The notes below the pieces were generated by a model that was not told the DNA's origin, did no database searches, and was given only the letters and a program-made list of their open reading frames with translations. Of a stretch of 32,000 nucleotides of DNA, positions 16,824 to 26,223 are shown piece after piece. Source of the stretch: an uncultured Oligoflexia bacterium (GTDB taxonomy: Bacteria; Bdellovibrionota; UBA1018; UBA6935); contig CAXGWU010000012.1 in the NCBI GenBank assembly GCA_964013565.1, positions 8,008 to 40,007 of the forward strand, given 5' to 3'. How positions within the stretch are numbered: position 1 is the stretch's first letter; the number at the start of each line of letters is the position of its first letter. The position numbers were made by a program, and so were the translations under genes.

Positions 16824-17155
16824 TGTCTAACTTAATGATAGAAAATTTATCTGGTGGAATGAGAACATTAGGAAATCGTGAACAGTTAGAGTTTTCATCC
16901 TCCTCAACTAAAAATAATAATCTTACAGAAACGGGAAAAAGTTTCGGAGATTTACTGTCAGAAAGTATCGAAAAAGTTAATATTCATCAGAAAGATGCAG
17001 ATGCAGCAATTGAAAAATTGGTCTCTGGAAGAACAAAAAATGTTCATGAGACAATGCTGGCAGTTGAGAAAGCAGAAGTGTCTCTTAAGTTAATGACTCA
17101 AGTGAGAAATAAAGTTTTAGAAGCGTATCGAGAAATTATGAGAATGCAAGTTTGA
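16823..17155 (+). CDS. fliE: Flagellar hook-basal body protein FliE
   Basis: C-terminal TMLAVEKAEVSLKLMTQVRNKVLEAYREIMRMQV. Confidence 0.93.
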   Translation: MSNLMIENLSGGMRTLGNREQLEFSSSSTKNNNLTETGKSFGDLLSESIEKVNIHQKDADAAIEKLVSGRTKNVHETMLAVEKAEVSLKLMTQVRNKVLEAYREIMRMQV

Positions 17156-17171
17156 TTAAGCGAGGTTTAAA

Positions 17172-18845
17172 TTGTTAGAGTACTTTAAAAAAGTTGGAGT
17201 TCAGATCTTTGATTTTTTAGACAATTTGTCTGTTGTCAAAAAAGTTGCTGTTCTTGGAACATTGGTAGCTATTGCCGGTACGATAGCAGCGATGTTTCAC
17301 TGGGCAGGTCAAGAGTCATTTAAACCATTGATGACGAATCTCGCTCCAGATGACTCTGCTGCTATTATCCGAGTTTTGAGAGATAAAAATATTCCTTTTA
17401 GAGTTGAAGAAGGAGGTAAAAATATTTCAATTCCTCCCGAACGAGTATACGATCTTCGTTTAGAGTTAGCGACTCTCGGAATGCCTCAGTCTGGAGTTAT
17501 TGGATATGAAGTTTTTGATAAACAAGCTCTCGGAACAACGAGCTTTGTTCAAAAATTAAATAGAAAAAGGGCACTTGAAGGTGAACTTATTCGAACGATA
17601 AGAACAATTAAAGGCGTTAAAAGAGCTCGTGTTCATTTAGCCATTCCAAAAAAATCTGCTTTTTTAAGTGAATCAAAACCCCCGAGTGCTTCTGTGGTTG
17701 TAGATTTAGAGCCTGGATTTAAATTAAATGAAAAACAAATTCATGGTATCGGAGTGATGGTTTCTTCTGCTGTTTCAGGTCTTGAGATTTCAGCAGTAGC
17801 TATTGTTGATTCTTCTGGGAGACAACTCTCAAAAGCAACTCATGACCCTTTGGTGGCATTGAGTGCAACTCAACATGAATATAAGCGCAAAGTAGAAACA
17901 GATTTAGAAGATCGTGTAATTAGGCTACTCGAACCAATTGTTGGAGAAGGTCGTGTCGTGGCTCGTATTAGCACTGAAATAGATTTTTCAGAAATTGTAG
18001 AAGATCAAACAATTTATGACCCAGATGGAGCTGCTGTAAGTTCTCAGGAGAAACTTGATAATTCAGCGAATGGAGAACGGCCAAGTCCTGTTGGTGCAGC
18101 TGGTGCTACGGCAAATCTTCCTGGAGAAGATCCAGCAAATAATAATATCAAAACAAATACGACGAACGTTCGTTCAATAACAAATTATAGTGTTCCTAAG
18201 ACTGTAAAACGTACTCGTAAGCAAGTTGGGAAAGTAGAAAAAATATCTGTAGCAGTCGTTCTCGATAATCAACAAATTAAAGAGAAAGATAAAGATGGAA
18301 AAGTTCTCGCTAAGTCAGTCCCTTGGTCACCCGAAAAACTCTCTGAACTTCAAGGAATTATTTCAAAAGCCTTAGGATTAGATTCTAAAAGAGGAGATTC
18401 TATCGATTTGAAATCTATGAGTTTTACGCGTGAAGACTTTGAAGAGGCTCAAAGACTTATCGAAGAAAATGAGCGTAGAGATTATATCGAGAACTTAATT
18501 TTATATTCTGTTATTGGATTAATCATACTTTTATTCTTCTTCTTTGTAGTGAGACCATTCATCAAGTGGATTACTGAAAATACAATAGATAGTGTTGATT
18601 CTTTTTTACCTCAAACAATTGAAGAGCTAGAGAGAATGCAGAGAGAATCGAACTTACCTGGATTGGAAGAAGCAATGCCAGTGCTTCCAGAAAAAATTGA
18701 TCCAGATAAAGTTGAAGGTGAAATGATTAAAGAAAAGATTATTACTTTAGTTGATTCTAATCCATCTAAAGCAGCCCTTATTTTAAGAGACTGGGTGAAG
18801 ATCGAAAAGCCATCTAAAGACGAAGCTGATCAAGCAGGAGCATAA
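17172..18845 (+). CDS. fliF: Flagellar MS-ring protein FliF (TTG start)
   Basis: FliF/YscJ N-terminal domain, RKRALEGELIRTI, AISVAVVLD-like segment, C-terminal DPKAAL-type region. Confidence 0.96.
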   Translation: MLEYFKKVGVQIFDFLDNLSVVKKVAVLGTLVAIAGTIAAMFHWAGQESFKPLMTNLAPDDSAAIIRVLRDKNIPFRVEEGGKNISIPPERVYDLRLELATLGMPQSGVIGYEVFDKQALGTTSFVQKLNRKRALEGELIRTIRTIKGVKRARVHLAIPKKSAFLSESKPPSASVVVDLEPGFKLNEKQIHGIGVMVSSAVSGLEISAVAIVDSSGRQLSKATHDPLVALSATQHEYKRKVETDLEDRVIRLLEPIVGEGRVVARISTEIDFSEIVEDQTIYDPDGAAVSSQEKLDNSANGERPSPVGAAGATANLPGEDPANNNIKTNTTNVRSITNYSVPKTVKRTRKQVGKVEKISVAVVLDNQQIKEKDKDGKVLAKSVPWSPEKLSELQGIISKALGLDSKRGDSIDLKSMSFTREDFEEAQRLIEENERRDYIENLILYSVIGLIILLFFFFVVRPFIKWITENTIDSVDSFLPQTIEELERMQRESNLPGLEEAMPVLPEKIDPDKVEGEMIKEKIITLVDSNPSKAALILRDWVKIEKPSKDEADQAGA

Positions 18846-18850
18846 GAACT

Positions 18851-19873
18851 ATGGGTGAAACAGAGTTTGAAAGTTATGAAGAATTATCAGGTCTTGAGCG
18901 TTCGGCACTGCTTTTAAATGTGCTTGGAAACCAAGTGACTTCTCAGATTTTTAAAAATATGAGAGACAACGATGTAAAAAGACTTGTTAATGCTATGGGA
19001 AATGTAACCAAAGTTCCGATTACGCAAGTCAAACAAGTTCTTGAAGATTTTTATCATGAAATTTCTGAAGAAGATACTTTGATTTTTGGTCATGCACAAG
19101 GAAGGGACTTTATTCTTGAAACACTAGGCGAAGAAAGAGCAAAAACAGTTCTTGGTCAGTTATCTGTTCTAGAAGGTAGTCGAACATTAGAAGCACTAGA
19201 ATTAGTAGACTCAAGAACATTAGCAAACTTTTTGGTCAATGAACATCCTCAAACAATTGCATTGATATTGGCTCATTTAGATGGACAAAAGAAATGTGAC
19301 GTTCTGAAGAGATTGCCAGAAGCTATTCAAACAGAGGTTGTTCTAAGAATTTCAAATCTTGATTATATTTCACCAACTCTCATTGCTCAGGTTGATGATG
19401 TATTAAAGCAAGAGTTAGCTACGCTTGGATCAATTGATACACAACAATTGGGTGGAGTTTCTCCGATTGCCGAGATGTTAAATGTGATGGATAAAAACAG
19501 TGAGCAAAACATTATGGCTCGAGTTGAAGAAAAAGATCCACAGTTAGCAGAGGAAATTAGGAAATTAATGTTTGTCTTTGAAGATATTATCTTTGTGGAT
19601 GATAGAGGAATGCAGACCTTACTTAAGGATGTACCTAACGATAAGCTAGTTTTAGCTCTTAAGTCTGCTCCACAAGAAATTAAAGATAAAATATTTAAGA
19701 ATATATCTAAAAGGGCGGCAGACATGTTGAAAGAAGATCTAGAGGCAATGGGACCTGTAAGACTTTCTGATGTTGAAACTGCACAACAGGAAATTGTAAA
19801 TGTTGCCAAACGATTAGAGGCTGAAGGAAAAATAATCATTAGTAGAGGTGGCGAAGGAGACGCTCTTGTCTAG
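18851..19873 (+). CDS. fliG: Flagellar motor switch protein FliG
   Basis: EHPQTIALILAHLD, MFVFEDIIFVDDRGMQTLL. Confidence 0.98.
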   Translation: MGETEFESYEELSGLERSALLLNVLGNQVTSQIFKNMRDNDVKRLVNAMGNVTKVPITQVKQVLEDFYHEISEEDTLIFGHAQGRDFILETLGEERAKTVLGQLSVLEGSRTLEALELVDSRTLANFLVNEHPQTIALILAHLDGQKKCDVLKRLPEAIQTEVVLRISNLDYISPTLIAQVDDVLKQELATLGSIDTQQLGGVSPIAEMLNVMDKNSEQNIMARVEEKDPQLAEEIRKLMFVFEDIIFVDDRGMQTLLKDVPNDKLVLALKSAPQEIKDKIFKNISKRAADMLKEDLEAMGPVRLSDVETAQQEIVNVAKRLEAEGKIIISRGGEGDALV

Positions 19874-20732
19874 TAAATTTAATAACGTACAGCTCGAGAT
19901 TGAAAATGAACCATGTGTTCAAGAGTATGAAGTAAAGAATCTAGATTTTTCTGGAAATGTTGAAATTGAAGAATTTGAATTACAAAAACTTCGTGAACAA
20001 GGGAGGGGAGGCTATGAAAATATTCGTAAAAAATTTGGACCCATAGCCGCTTCAGATCCGGAAAGAGTAATAAAAGGTAAGAAAGCTAGTCGATTCAAAA
20101 TGAGTAAATTATTAAGAAACTCATTAGATGTCGAAGATGAAGAAAAAAAATATTTAGATAAGAAGGTAAAAGATCAAATCGGACTTATCAAACAACAAGC
20201 GGTCTCTCAGTCTAAAATTGAAGGTTTTGAAAAGGGTTTCGAATCTGGAAAAGTAGAAGCAATTAAAGAATTCCAAGAAGCAAATAAAGAAACGATAGAT
20301 AGAATTAATAACTTTGTTAATGCTATTGAACACTCTAAAGATTTAATTTATCAAGAAAATGAAAAATTTTTAATCGATTTAATTTTTAAAGTATCAAAAA
20401 TGATTTTATTAAAAGAGTTGGAAACTGATCGTGAGTTCATCCAGAGAGTTTGTCATGAATTAGTTACTAGAGTTAATGTTAAAGACTTCATAAAAGTTAA
20501 AGTTAATCCTGACGATGAAAAAGAATTAGAGGTTTTGTCTGAGGCTCTAAATAAAGACTTTAAGGATATTGAAAATATCACATTAGAAATAAGTGACGAT
20601 ATAGATCGATATGATGTCATTGTAGAAACGAAACTCAATGCAATTGAATCTCGTATAGATGATGAACTCAATCGAATTAGAAATTCAGTATTAGGAATTA
20701 CGGAAAATCGTTCAGAGGAAGATGTTGAGTGA
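19848..20732 (+). CDS. fliH: Flagellar assembly protein FliH (GTG start)
   Basis: Position between fliG and fliI; coiled coil and C-terminal FliH-like region; overlaps fliG by 26 nt. Confidence 0.85.
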   Translation: MAKETLLSSKFNNVQLEIENEPCVQEYEVKNLDFSGNVEIEEFELQKLREQGRGGYENIRKKFGPIAASDPERVIKGKKASRFKMSKLLRNSLDVEDEEKKYLDKKVKDQIGLIKQQAVSQSKIEGFEKGFESGKVEAIKEFQEANKETIDRINNFVNAIEHSKDLIYQENEKFLIDLIFKVSKMILLKELETDREFIQRVCHELVTRVNVKDFIKVKVNPDDEKELEVLSEALNKDFKDIENITLEISDDIDRYDVIVETKLNAIESRIDDELNRIRNSVLGITENRSEEDVE

Positions 20733-22135
20733 ATTATAAGGAAATTAATAAAAGACTCAGTCAGGCTTTAATCTATAAAGAAGCAGGAAAAATTACTAAA
20801 GTCGTGGGTCTTTTATATGAGGCTTACTTACCAGGTGCTGCGGTTGGTAGTCGCTGTAGAGTTTATCCATCAGGAGAAGTTTCTAGTGAATCTATAGAAG
20901 CGGAAGTTGTTGGCTTTAAAGATAATCGAGTACTATTAATGCCTTTTCGTGAAATACAGGGTGTAAATACAGATTCGTTAGTAGTTTTAAAGCAAAGGTC
21001 CAGTTCGGTGAATGTTAGTAGTTCCTTGTTGGGGCGGGTAATTGATGCAACGGGACGCCCTTTAGATTTTAAAGGCCCTATCGTACATGAATCTAAAGAA
21101 ATGGAAGCCAGAAATTTGTATCAACCGACTCTAAATCCTGTCACACGAACTCTGATACGAGAACCGTTGGATTTAGGTGTACGGGCGATTAATAGCTTAC
21201 TCACTTGTGGAAAAGGTCAGCGTGTTGGAATTATGGCTGGGTCAGGAGTCGGTAAGTCAGTTCTTCTTGGAATGATGGCAAAAAATACAGCTGCAGATAT
21301 TAACGTAATCGCATTAATTGGCGAACGAGGTAGAGAAGTTCGTGAGTTTATTGAAAATGAACTAGGGGAAGAGGGAATGAAGAGATCTGTGGTGGTGGTA
21401 GCTACCTCTGATCAATCTCCTTTAGTTCGTATGCGAGGAGCGTTTTTAGCGACTTCTATTGCAGAGTATTTTAGGGATCGAGATAAAAGTGTATTGCTTC
21501 TGATGGACTCAGTTACTCGATTTTGTATGGCTCAAAGGGAAATTGGACTTTCTATGGGTGAGCCACCTGCCTCTAAGGGGTACACGCCAAGTGTTTTTTC
21601 TACACTGCCCAAGCTACTCGAGAGAGCTGGTACGAATTCTGGAAAAGGCAGTATTACGGGGCTCTATACTGTACTTGTTGAAGGTGACGATATGGATGAT
21701 CCGATCGCAGATTCGGCTAGATCTATTTTAGATGGTCATATTGTGCTCACTAGAAAATTAGCTCAAAAAAATCATTTTCCGGCAATTGATGTTTTAAGTA
21801 GTGCTAGTAGGGTAATGAATTCTGTCATTTCAGAAGAACATGCACAATTGGCAGCTAAAATAAGAGAATGGAAATCAATTTATGAAAGTTCAGAGGATTT
21901 AATTAATATTGGAGCCTATGTAAAAGGAACCAACGCTGAAATTGATAAAGCTATTTTAGTTAAAGATAAAATTACAAAAATGTTGAGACAAGGAATTAAT
22001 GAAAAAAGTACTTTAACTGATTCAATTGCTTCTATGAGATCAATTCAGCGTTTTGCTGAGGCACATTCTGCCGACTCAGGTGGTGAGATGTCAGCAGTAA
22101 ATTCCTATGACAATCCAGATTCTGCTTATATCTAG
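20729..22135 (+). CDS. fliI: Flagellum-specific ATPase FliI
   Basis: GQRVGIMAGSGVGKSVLLGMM, ALIGERGREVREFIE, SVTRFCMAQREIGLSMGEPPASKGYTPSVF. Confidence 0.98.
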   Translation: MNYKEINKRLSQALIYKEAGKITKVVGLLYEAYLPGAAVGSRCRVYPSGEVSSESIEAEVVGFKDNRVLLMPFREIQGVNTDSLVVLKQRSSSVNVSSSLLGRVIDATGRPLDFKGPIVHESKEMEARNLYQPTLNPVTRTLIREPLDLGVRAINSLLTCGKGQRVGIMAGSGVGKSVLLGMMAKNTAADINVIALIGERGREVREFIENELGEEGMKRSVVVVATSDQSPLVRMRGAFLATSIAEYFRDRDKSVLLLMDSVTRFCMAQREIGLSMGEPPASKGYTPSVFSTLPKLLERAGTNSGKGSITGLYTVLVEGDDMDDPIADSARSILDGHIVLTRKLAQKNHFPAIDVLSSASRVMNSVISEEHAQLAAKIREWKSIYESSEDLINIGAYVKGTNAEIDKAILVKDKITKMLRQGINEKSTLTDSIASMRSIQRFAEAHSADSGGEMSAVNSYDNPDSAYI

Positions 22136-22186
22136 GTATTTTATTCAGTCTTTTTTTTTAAAATAAAATAAGTAAAACTAAATGAG

Positions 22187-22636
22187 ATGAAAAAGTTTAA
22201 ATTTCGATTTTCAGCAGTAGAGAAAATAAGAATTACTCAAGAAAAAGAAGCATTAAAAAAATTAGCTGATGCTCAGAAGAAATTTTATGATTTGGTAGCA
22301 ATAAAAGATAAGTATCGAGATGAAATATCTCAATCGTATGAAAGAAAAAAAACAATAGAAAAAAGAGACTTTAATTCTTCTGAAATTTATTTGGAAGAGA
22401 CTTTTGTATTAGGAAATAAGTATCGTTCATTAATTAATGACTTTTCAATTGAAAAAGCTAATAAAGTACTAAGAAATAAAATGACTGAATTTATTGAATG
22501 CAGACAAAAAAAAGAAATGATTCAAAAAATAAAAGAGAAAGATAAAGAGAATTTTAATATTCAGGTCACGAAAAAAGAACAAAAAGAAGTGGATGATATC
22601 AATGTAATGAGGAGAAAGATGAGGGAATTATTTTGA
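22187..22636 (+). CDS. fliJ: Flagellar export chaperone FliJ
   Basis: Coiled-coil protein starting MKKFKFRFSAVEKIRITQE, directly after fliI. Confidence 0.8.
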   Translation: MKKFKFRFSAVEKIRITQEKEALKKLADAQKKFYDLVAIKDKYRDEISQSYERKKTIEKRDFNSSEIYLEETFVLGNKYRSLINDFSIEKANKVLRNKMTEFIECRQKKEMIQKIKEKDKENFNIQVTKKEQKEVDDINVMRRKMRELF

Positions 22637-23238
22637 AAAAATTCCTCTTCACCTCATTTATGATTTTTTTCTTATTTTCTAAGGTGTCGGCAGAGAATGC
22701 CTATTCATTAAAGAAAATGTCTAGTGAAAAAAAAGAAGAAGCTTGTATAATTAGTGAAGAGGCCATTTCTGATTTTAAAGAAAAAAAAGAAGAAGTTTTA
22801 AAGTTAAAAAAACAAATTGAAGAAAAAGAAAAAGAATTAGCTGATAGAGAAAAAGTAATTACAGAAGAAATGAATAAACTTGAGGAATTAAGAAAAACGA
22901 TAGAAGGCATTTCTGAAGTTAAGAAAAAAGAATCAGAAAGCAGAATAGCGAAATTAGTTGAAACAGTAGAAAAGATGTCTCCGAAGTCTGCAGGAAAGCT
23001 TTTAGCATCGGTTGATTTAGGTTTAGCTGTAGAAGTAAGTAAAAGAATGGATACAGTGAAGCTAGCAAAAATTTTAAACGGTGTTGACGCAAGCAAGGTG
23101 GCTAAAATATCCGAAAGATTGACTCTTTGGAGAGTAAAAAAAGAGAAAGAAAAAGAAAAGAAAAAAGAAACTAAGAAAGGAGGTGAGCATGCAAGTTACA
23201 TCTACATTAATAGCAAAAAACTTAAATCAAAATCTTAA
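22633..23238 (+). CDS. MotE-like / MgtE-N-domain-like flagellar protein
   Basis: Signal peptide, long coiled coil, then MSPKSAGKLLASVDLGLAVEVSKRMDTVKLAKILNGVDASKVAKISERL. Confidence 0.75.
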   Translation: MKKFLFTSFMIFFLFSKVSAENAYSLKKMSSEKKEEACIISEEAISDFKEKKEEVLKLKKQIEEKEKELADREKVITEEMNKLEELRKTIEGISEVKKKESESRIAKLVETVEKMSPKSAGKLLASVDLGLAVEVSKRMDTVKLAKILNGVDASKVAKISERLTLWRVKKEKEKEKKKETKKGGEHASYIYINSKKLKSKS

Positions 23239-24667
23239 AGACAAATCACCTTCTGTTTCTAATGATTTGGATTTTGGAAATGAACTAGAAGAGGCAAAGA
23301 CTGATTTAGATGAAGAAAGTGCAGTAGATATTCCGTTGGGATTAGTTTCTTCTGAAGAAGATAAAAATTTTTTAGTGAAGTCAAATATAAATAAACCAGC
23401 TTCTCAAAATGAAGGTTTCGTTGTTTTTAATAATAAAGATGCAGTTAGTCATTCGTCTCCAGCGAGTTCTTTAAATCAAGCAGAGATTAAAAATTTAAAT
23501 TTTAAAGATTACTCCAACTTAAATTTAAATGAAGCGAATAATGTAGATAAAAACAAAATAACTAATGCTATTACAGAAGAAAATATCACATTGAGTGAGA
23601 AAAATAATAAGAATTTAAGTAAAATTGATCTATCTTCTAATAAAATTAGTTTAAATTCATTTCCAGAAAGCAATGTTTCTTCAGGGGTTTTGAATCCTTT
23701 TCAAAAACAGTCTCTAAAAACAAATTCGAAAATAAATAGATCCTCTTCTTTGCTTCAAAATAAAATTGATTCTATGAATGGAGAATTTTTAACTAATGAT
23801 AGCGATTCAAAAAATCCTATTGATTTAGTAACGAACAAAAACAATCTCCCTAAACAGTTTACCAGTCATGAGTATCTTGATTTAAAGAACGAATTAACAG
23901 AGCAGAATCTGAAAAATAAAAATATGAGTTTAACTAAATCTTCAGAATCTAGTATACAACAAAAAACAAATGAATTTTTAAAAGACAATTTTGTAAATCA
24001 AAAAAATAATTTAGATTATTCATCACAAAACATCGTTCCATTGAATCAAGTTTTTTCTCATAGAAACTCTCTTCAAACAATGAAACCTGTGGAAGTTACT
24101 GGTCATGTTACTTTAGGTTCTGGAGCTAAATCTCAGTTTACTCGAGAATCGGTAATTAATGTATCAAATCAACTTAAACAACTTGCATCTCAAGGTGGAG
24201 GCAAAATGAAAATTAAGTTGAATCCAGTAGAACTGGGTGAGCTCAATTTAAAAGTTGAAACTAAAGGAAGTCAAGTTGCTTTGAGTATTCAAGCTGCTGA
24301 TCAATCAGCAACAAAAGCTCTAAGAGAAAGTATAAGTAATTTAGAAGAACAGTTGAAGAAACATGATTTAAACTTAGGAAGTGTCGAATTAACTACTTTT
24401 TCTGATAAGTCTCAGTCTGTACCATTTGCAATAGGCTCTCATTTGGGAGATCAATTTAATTCAAATTTAGATCAAGGTAATTACTCCCAGCAGGAACATG
24501 TTTCAGACGGTTTTTTCTATAATGATCAATCAAGTTCTAGAGGACAATCAGAAAGATTTGATTCTTTAGGTTCGAATAAATCAATTCAAGCTAGCCCGCT
24601 AAGGGTTGAATCAGAATCTAAAAGTCATTCAAATGTCGTTAATGGTAGATTGGATGTTAGGGTTTAA
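23189..24667 (+). CDS. fliK: Flagellar hook-length control protein FliK
   Basis: C-terminal KMKIKLNPVELGELNLKVETKGSQVALSIQAADQSATKALRES is the FliK domain. Start set at ATG 23189 after AAAGGAGG. Confidence 0.92.
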   Translation: MQVTSTLIAKNLNQNLKDKSPSVSNDLDFGNELEEAKTDLDEESAVDIPLGLVSSEEDKNFLVKSNINKPASQNEGFVVFNNKDAVSHSSPASSLNQAEIKNLNFKDYSNLNLNEANNVDKNKITNAITEENITLSEKNNKNLSKIDLSSNKISLNSFPESNVSSGVLNPFQKQSLKTNSKINRSSSLLQNKIDSMNGEFLTNDSDSKNPIDLVTNKNNLPKQFTSHEYLDLKNELTEQNLKNKNMSLTKSSESSIQQKTNEFLKDNFVNQKNNLDYSSQNIVPLNQVFSHRNSLQTMKPVEVTGHVTLGSGAKSQFTRESVINVSNQLKQLASQGGGKMKIKLNPVELGELNLKVETKGSQVALSIQAADQSATKALRESISNLEEQLKKHDLNLGSVELTTFSDKSQSVPFAIGSHLGDQFNSNLDQGNYSQQEHVSDGFFYNDQSSSRGQSERFDSLGSNKSIQASPLRVESESKSHSNVVNGRLDVRV

Positions 24668-24684
24668 AGGTAGGGTAAAATAGG

Positions 24685-25722
24685 ATGAATGTATCAAATT
24701 CAAAATCTTTAGCTACTGGACAGACTCAAATTGATTCTGTGAAGACATCTCAAAATCAGGGAGAAAATAAGGTTTGGCAAGGATTGCAGGCAAAGTATGG
24801 TGCTAAACCTAAAAAACAAAGAGAGATAAAGAAAAGCTTAGATAAAGATGATTTCATGAGAATCATGATTGAGCAAATGAAGCATCAAGATCCAACTAAA
24901 CCATTTGAAACAGATAAACTTGCTGCAGAAATTGCTCAAATTACTTCAGTAGAGCAGTTGTCAAATGTAAATAAAGTATTAGATAAATTATCTACACAAA
25001 ATCGTCCATTAGAACAAATGACGATGACTAATTTAATTGGAAAAACTGTTACTATAGATCAAGGAAAATTTGCTCACAAATCTGACAGCCGAGAATCTTT
25101 AAATTTTACTCTTAATCAAGATGCAAAAAAAGTAAAAGCAACAATAATTGGAATGAATGGGGAGCTTGTTGCGGAGGCTGATTTAGGTGAGTTAAAGGCT
25201 GGAAGTAATAAATTTAATTGGGATGGATTAAATAAAAGTAGGCTTCCACAAAAAGCAGGAGACTTTCTTCTTCGTATAGAGGCTTTTGATGAAAAAGATC
25301 GAAGAATCGATACAAGTACGGTATCAAATGCAAAAGTGATTGGTGTAAGTTATGACGGCCCAGAGCCGGTCTATTTGGTGGGAGATGCTAATCATCAGTC
25401 TAGAATACAAATGAAGAATATTATTAGTATTTTAGATATTAATCCTGAACAAATTAAAAGAGACGCCCCTAAAAGTGGGAAATCTTTTTTTACTTTTGAA
25501 AAAGGAGTTGGATCAAAGCCATTAAGTAAAAAACAAGAAAAAGTGATAAATGATTTGATTCATTCAAAAAATGAAAATCAGAATAATAAGAATACAAATT
25601 TAAAATTAAATAAAGTGAATAATGTAGAGTCAGGTTTTCCAAATGGTCTAAAAGAGTTTAATTTAGAAAAGATTCCAAATGCAAATTTAAATAAAAATAT
25701 AAAAAGGAGTTCTAATGGTTAA
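24685..25722 (+). CDS. flgD: Flagellar hook assembly (cap) protein FlgD
   Basis: DDFMRIMIEQMKHQDPTKPFETDKLAAEIAQITSVEQLSNVN, FNWDGLNKSRLPQKAGDFLLRIEA. Confidence 0.95.
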   Translation: MNVSNSKSLATGQTQIDSVKTSQNQGENKVWQGLQAKYGAKPKKQREIKKSLDKDDFMRIMIEQMKHQDPTKPFETDKLAAEIAQITSVEQLSNVNKVLDKLSTQNRPLEQMTMTNLIGKTVTIDQGKFAHKSDSRESLNFTLNQDAKKVKATIIGMNGELVAEADLGELKAGSNKFNWDGLNKSRLPQKAGDFLLRIEAFDEKDRRIDTSTVSNAKVIGVSYDGPEPVYLVGDANHQSRIQMKNIISILDINPEQIKRDAPKSGKSFFTFEKGVGSKPLSKKQEKVINDLIHSKNENQNNKNTNLKLNKVNNVESGFPNGLKEFNLEKIPNANLNKNIKRSSNG

Positions 25723-26125
25723 CAAAAATGTTTTTTATCCAAATGTAACTTCTGTACCTGTAAAAGAAAAAAATTTAAATAAAACAAGTTCAATTAAAAA
25801 AAGTGAAGTTGATTTTGAAAAAGTTTTTAATCGAGAGATTGAAAAAGGAACTGAATTAAATTCAGTAAAGAATGAATTGAAATTTTCTCAACATGCTACT
25901 CGTAGGTTGAAAGAAAGGTCAATTCCAATGTCAGATGAATTGTTGCATAAAGTTTCTATTGCTGTTGATAAAGCAGCTGCAAAAGGACTTGATGATACAC
26001 TTGTACTGACAAATGACTCAGCTCTTATTGTGAATGCAAAAAATAAGACTGTAGTTACAGCGATGGATCGTAGCCAACTTGAAGGTAATGTTTTTACTAA
26101 TATTGATGGTGCGATTATCGTTTAA
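25715..26125 (+). CDS. Flagellar operon protein (TIGR02530 / flg_new-like)
   Basis: FSQHATRRLKERSIPMSDELLHKVSIAVDKAAAKGLDDTLVL...VTAMDR, between flgD and flgE. Confidence 0.85.
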   Translation: MVNKNVFYPNVTSVPVKEKNLNKTSSIKKSEVDFEKVFNREIEKGTELNSVKNELKFSQHATRRLKERSIPMSDELLHKVSIAVDKAAAKGLDDTLVLTNDSALIVNAKNKTVVTAMDRSQLEGNVFTNIDGAIIV

Positions 26126-26136
26126 CATAATGTGGC

Positions 26137-26186
26137 GGCCGGACCCTAACGGGAGGCCTTTGTAGCTCTGATTGATTGATGAGCTA
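26137..26186 (+). promoter_or_regulatory. Two-hairpin element upstream of flgE
   Basis: GGCC-gga-CCC-taac-GGG-a-GGCC (26137-26158), followed by TAGCTC-tgattgattgat-GAGCTA (26163-26186). Confidence 0.4.
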
Positions 26187-26223
26187 TGTTTTTAATAACC
26201 CATTCTAGCAAGGAGGCTTCTCT

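Noticed and set aside
26169-26180. (TGAT)3 run as a tandem-repeat locus
   Set aside because: Only three imperfectly bounded units; better explained as the loop of the TAGCTC/GAGCTA hairpin.
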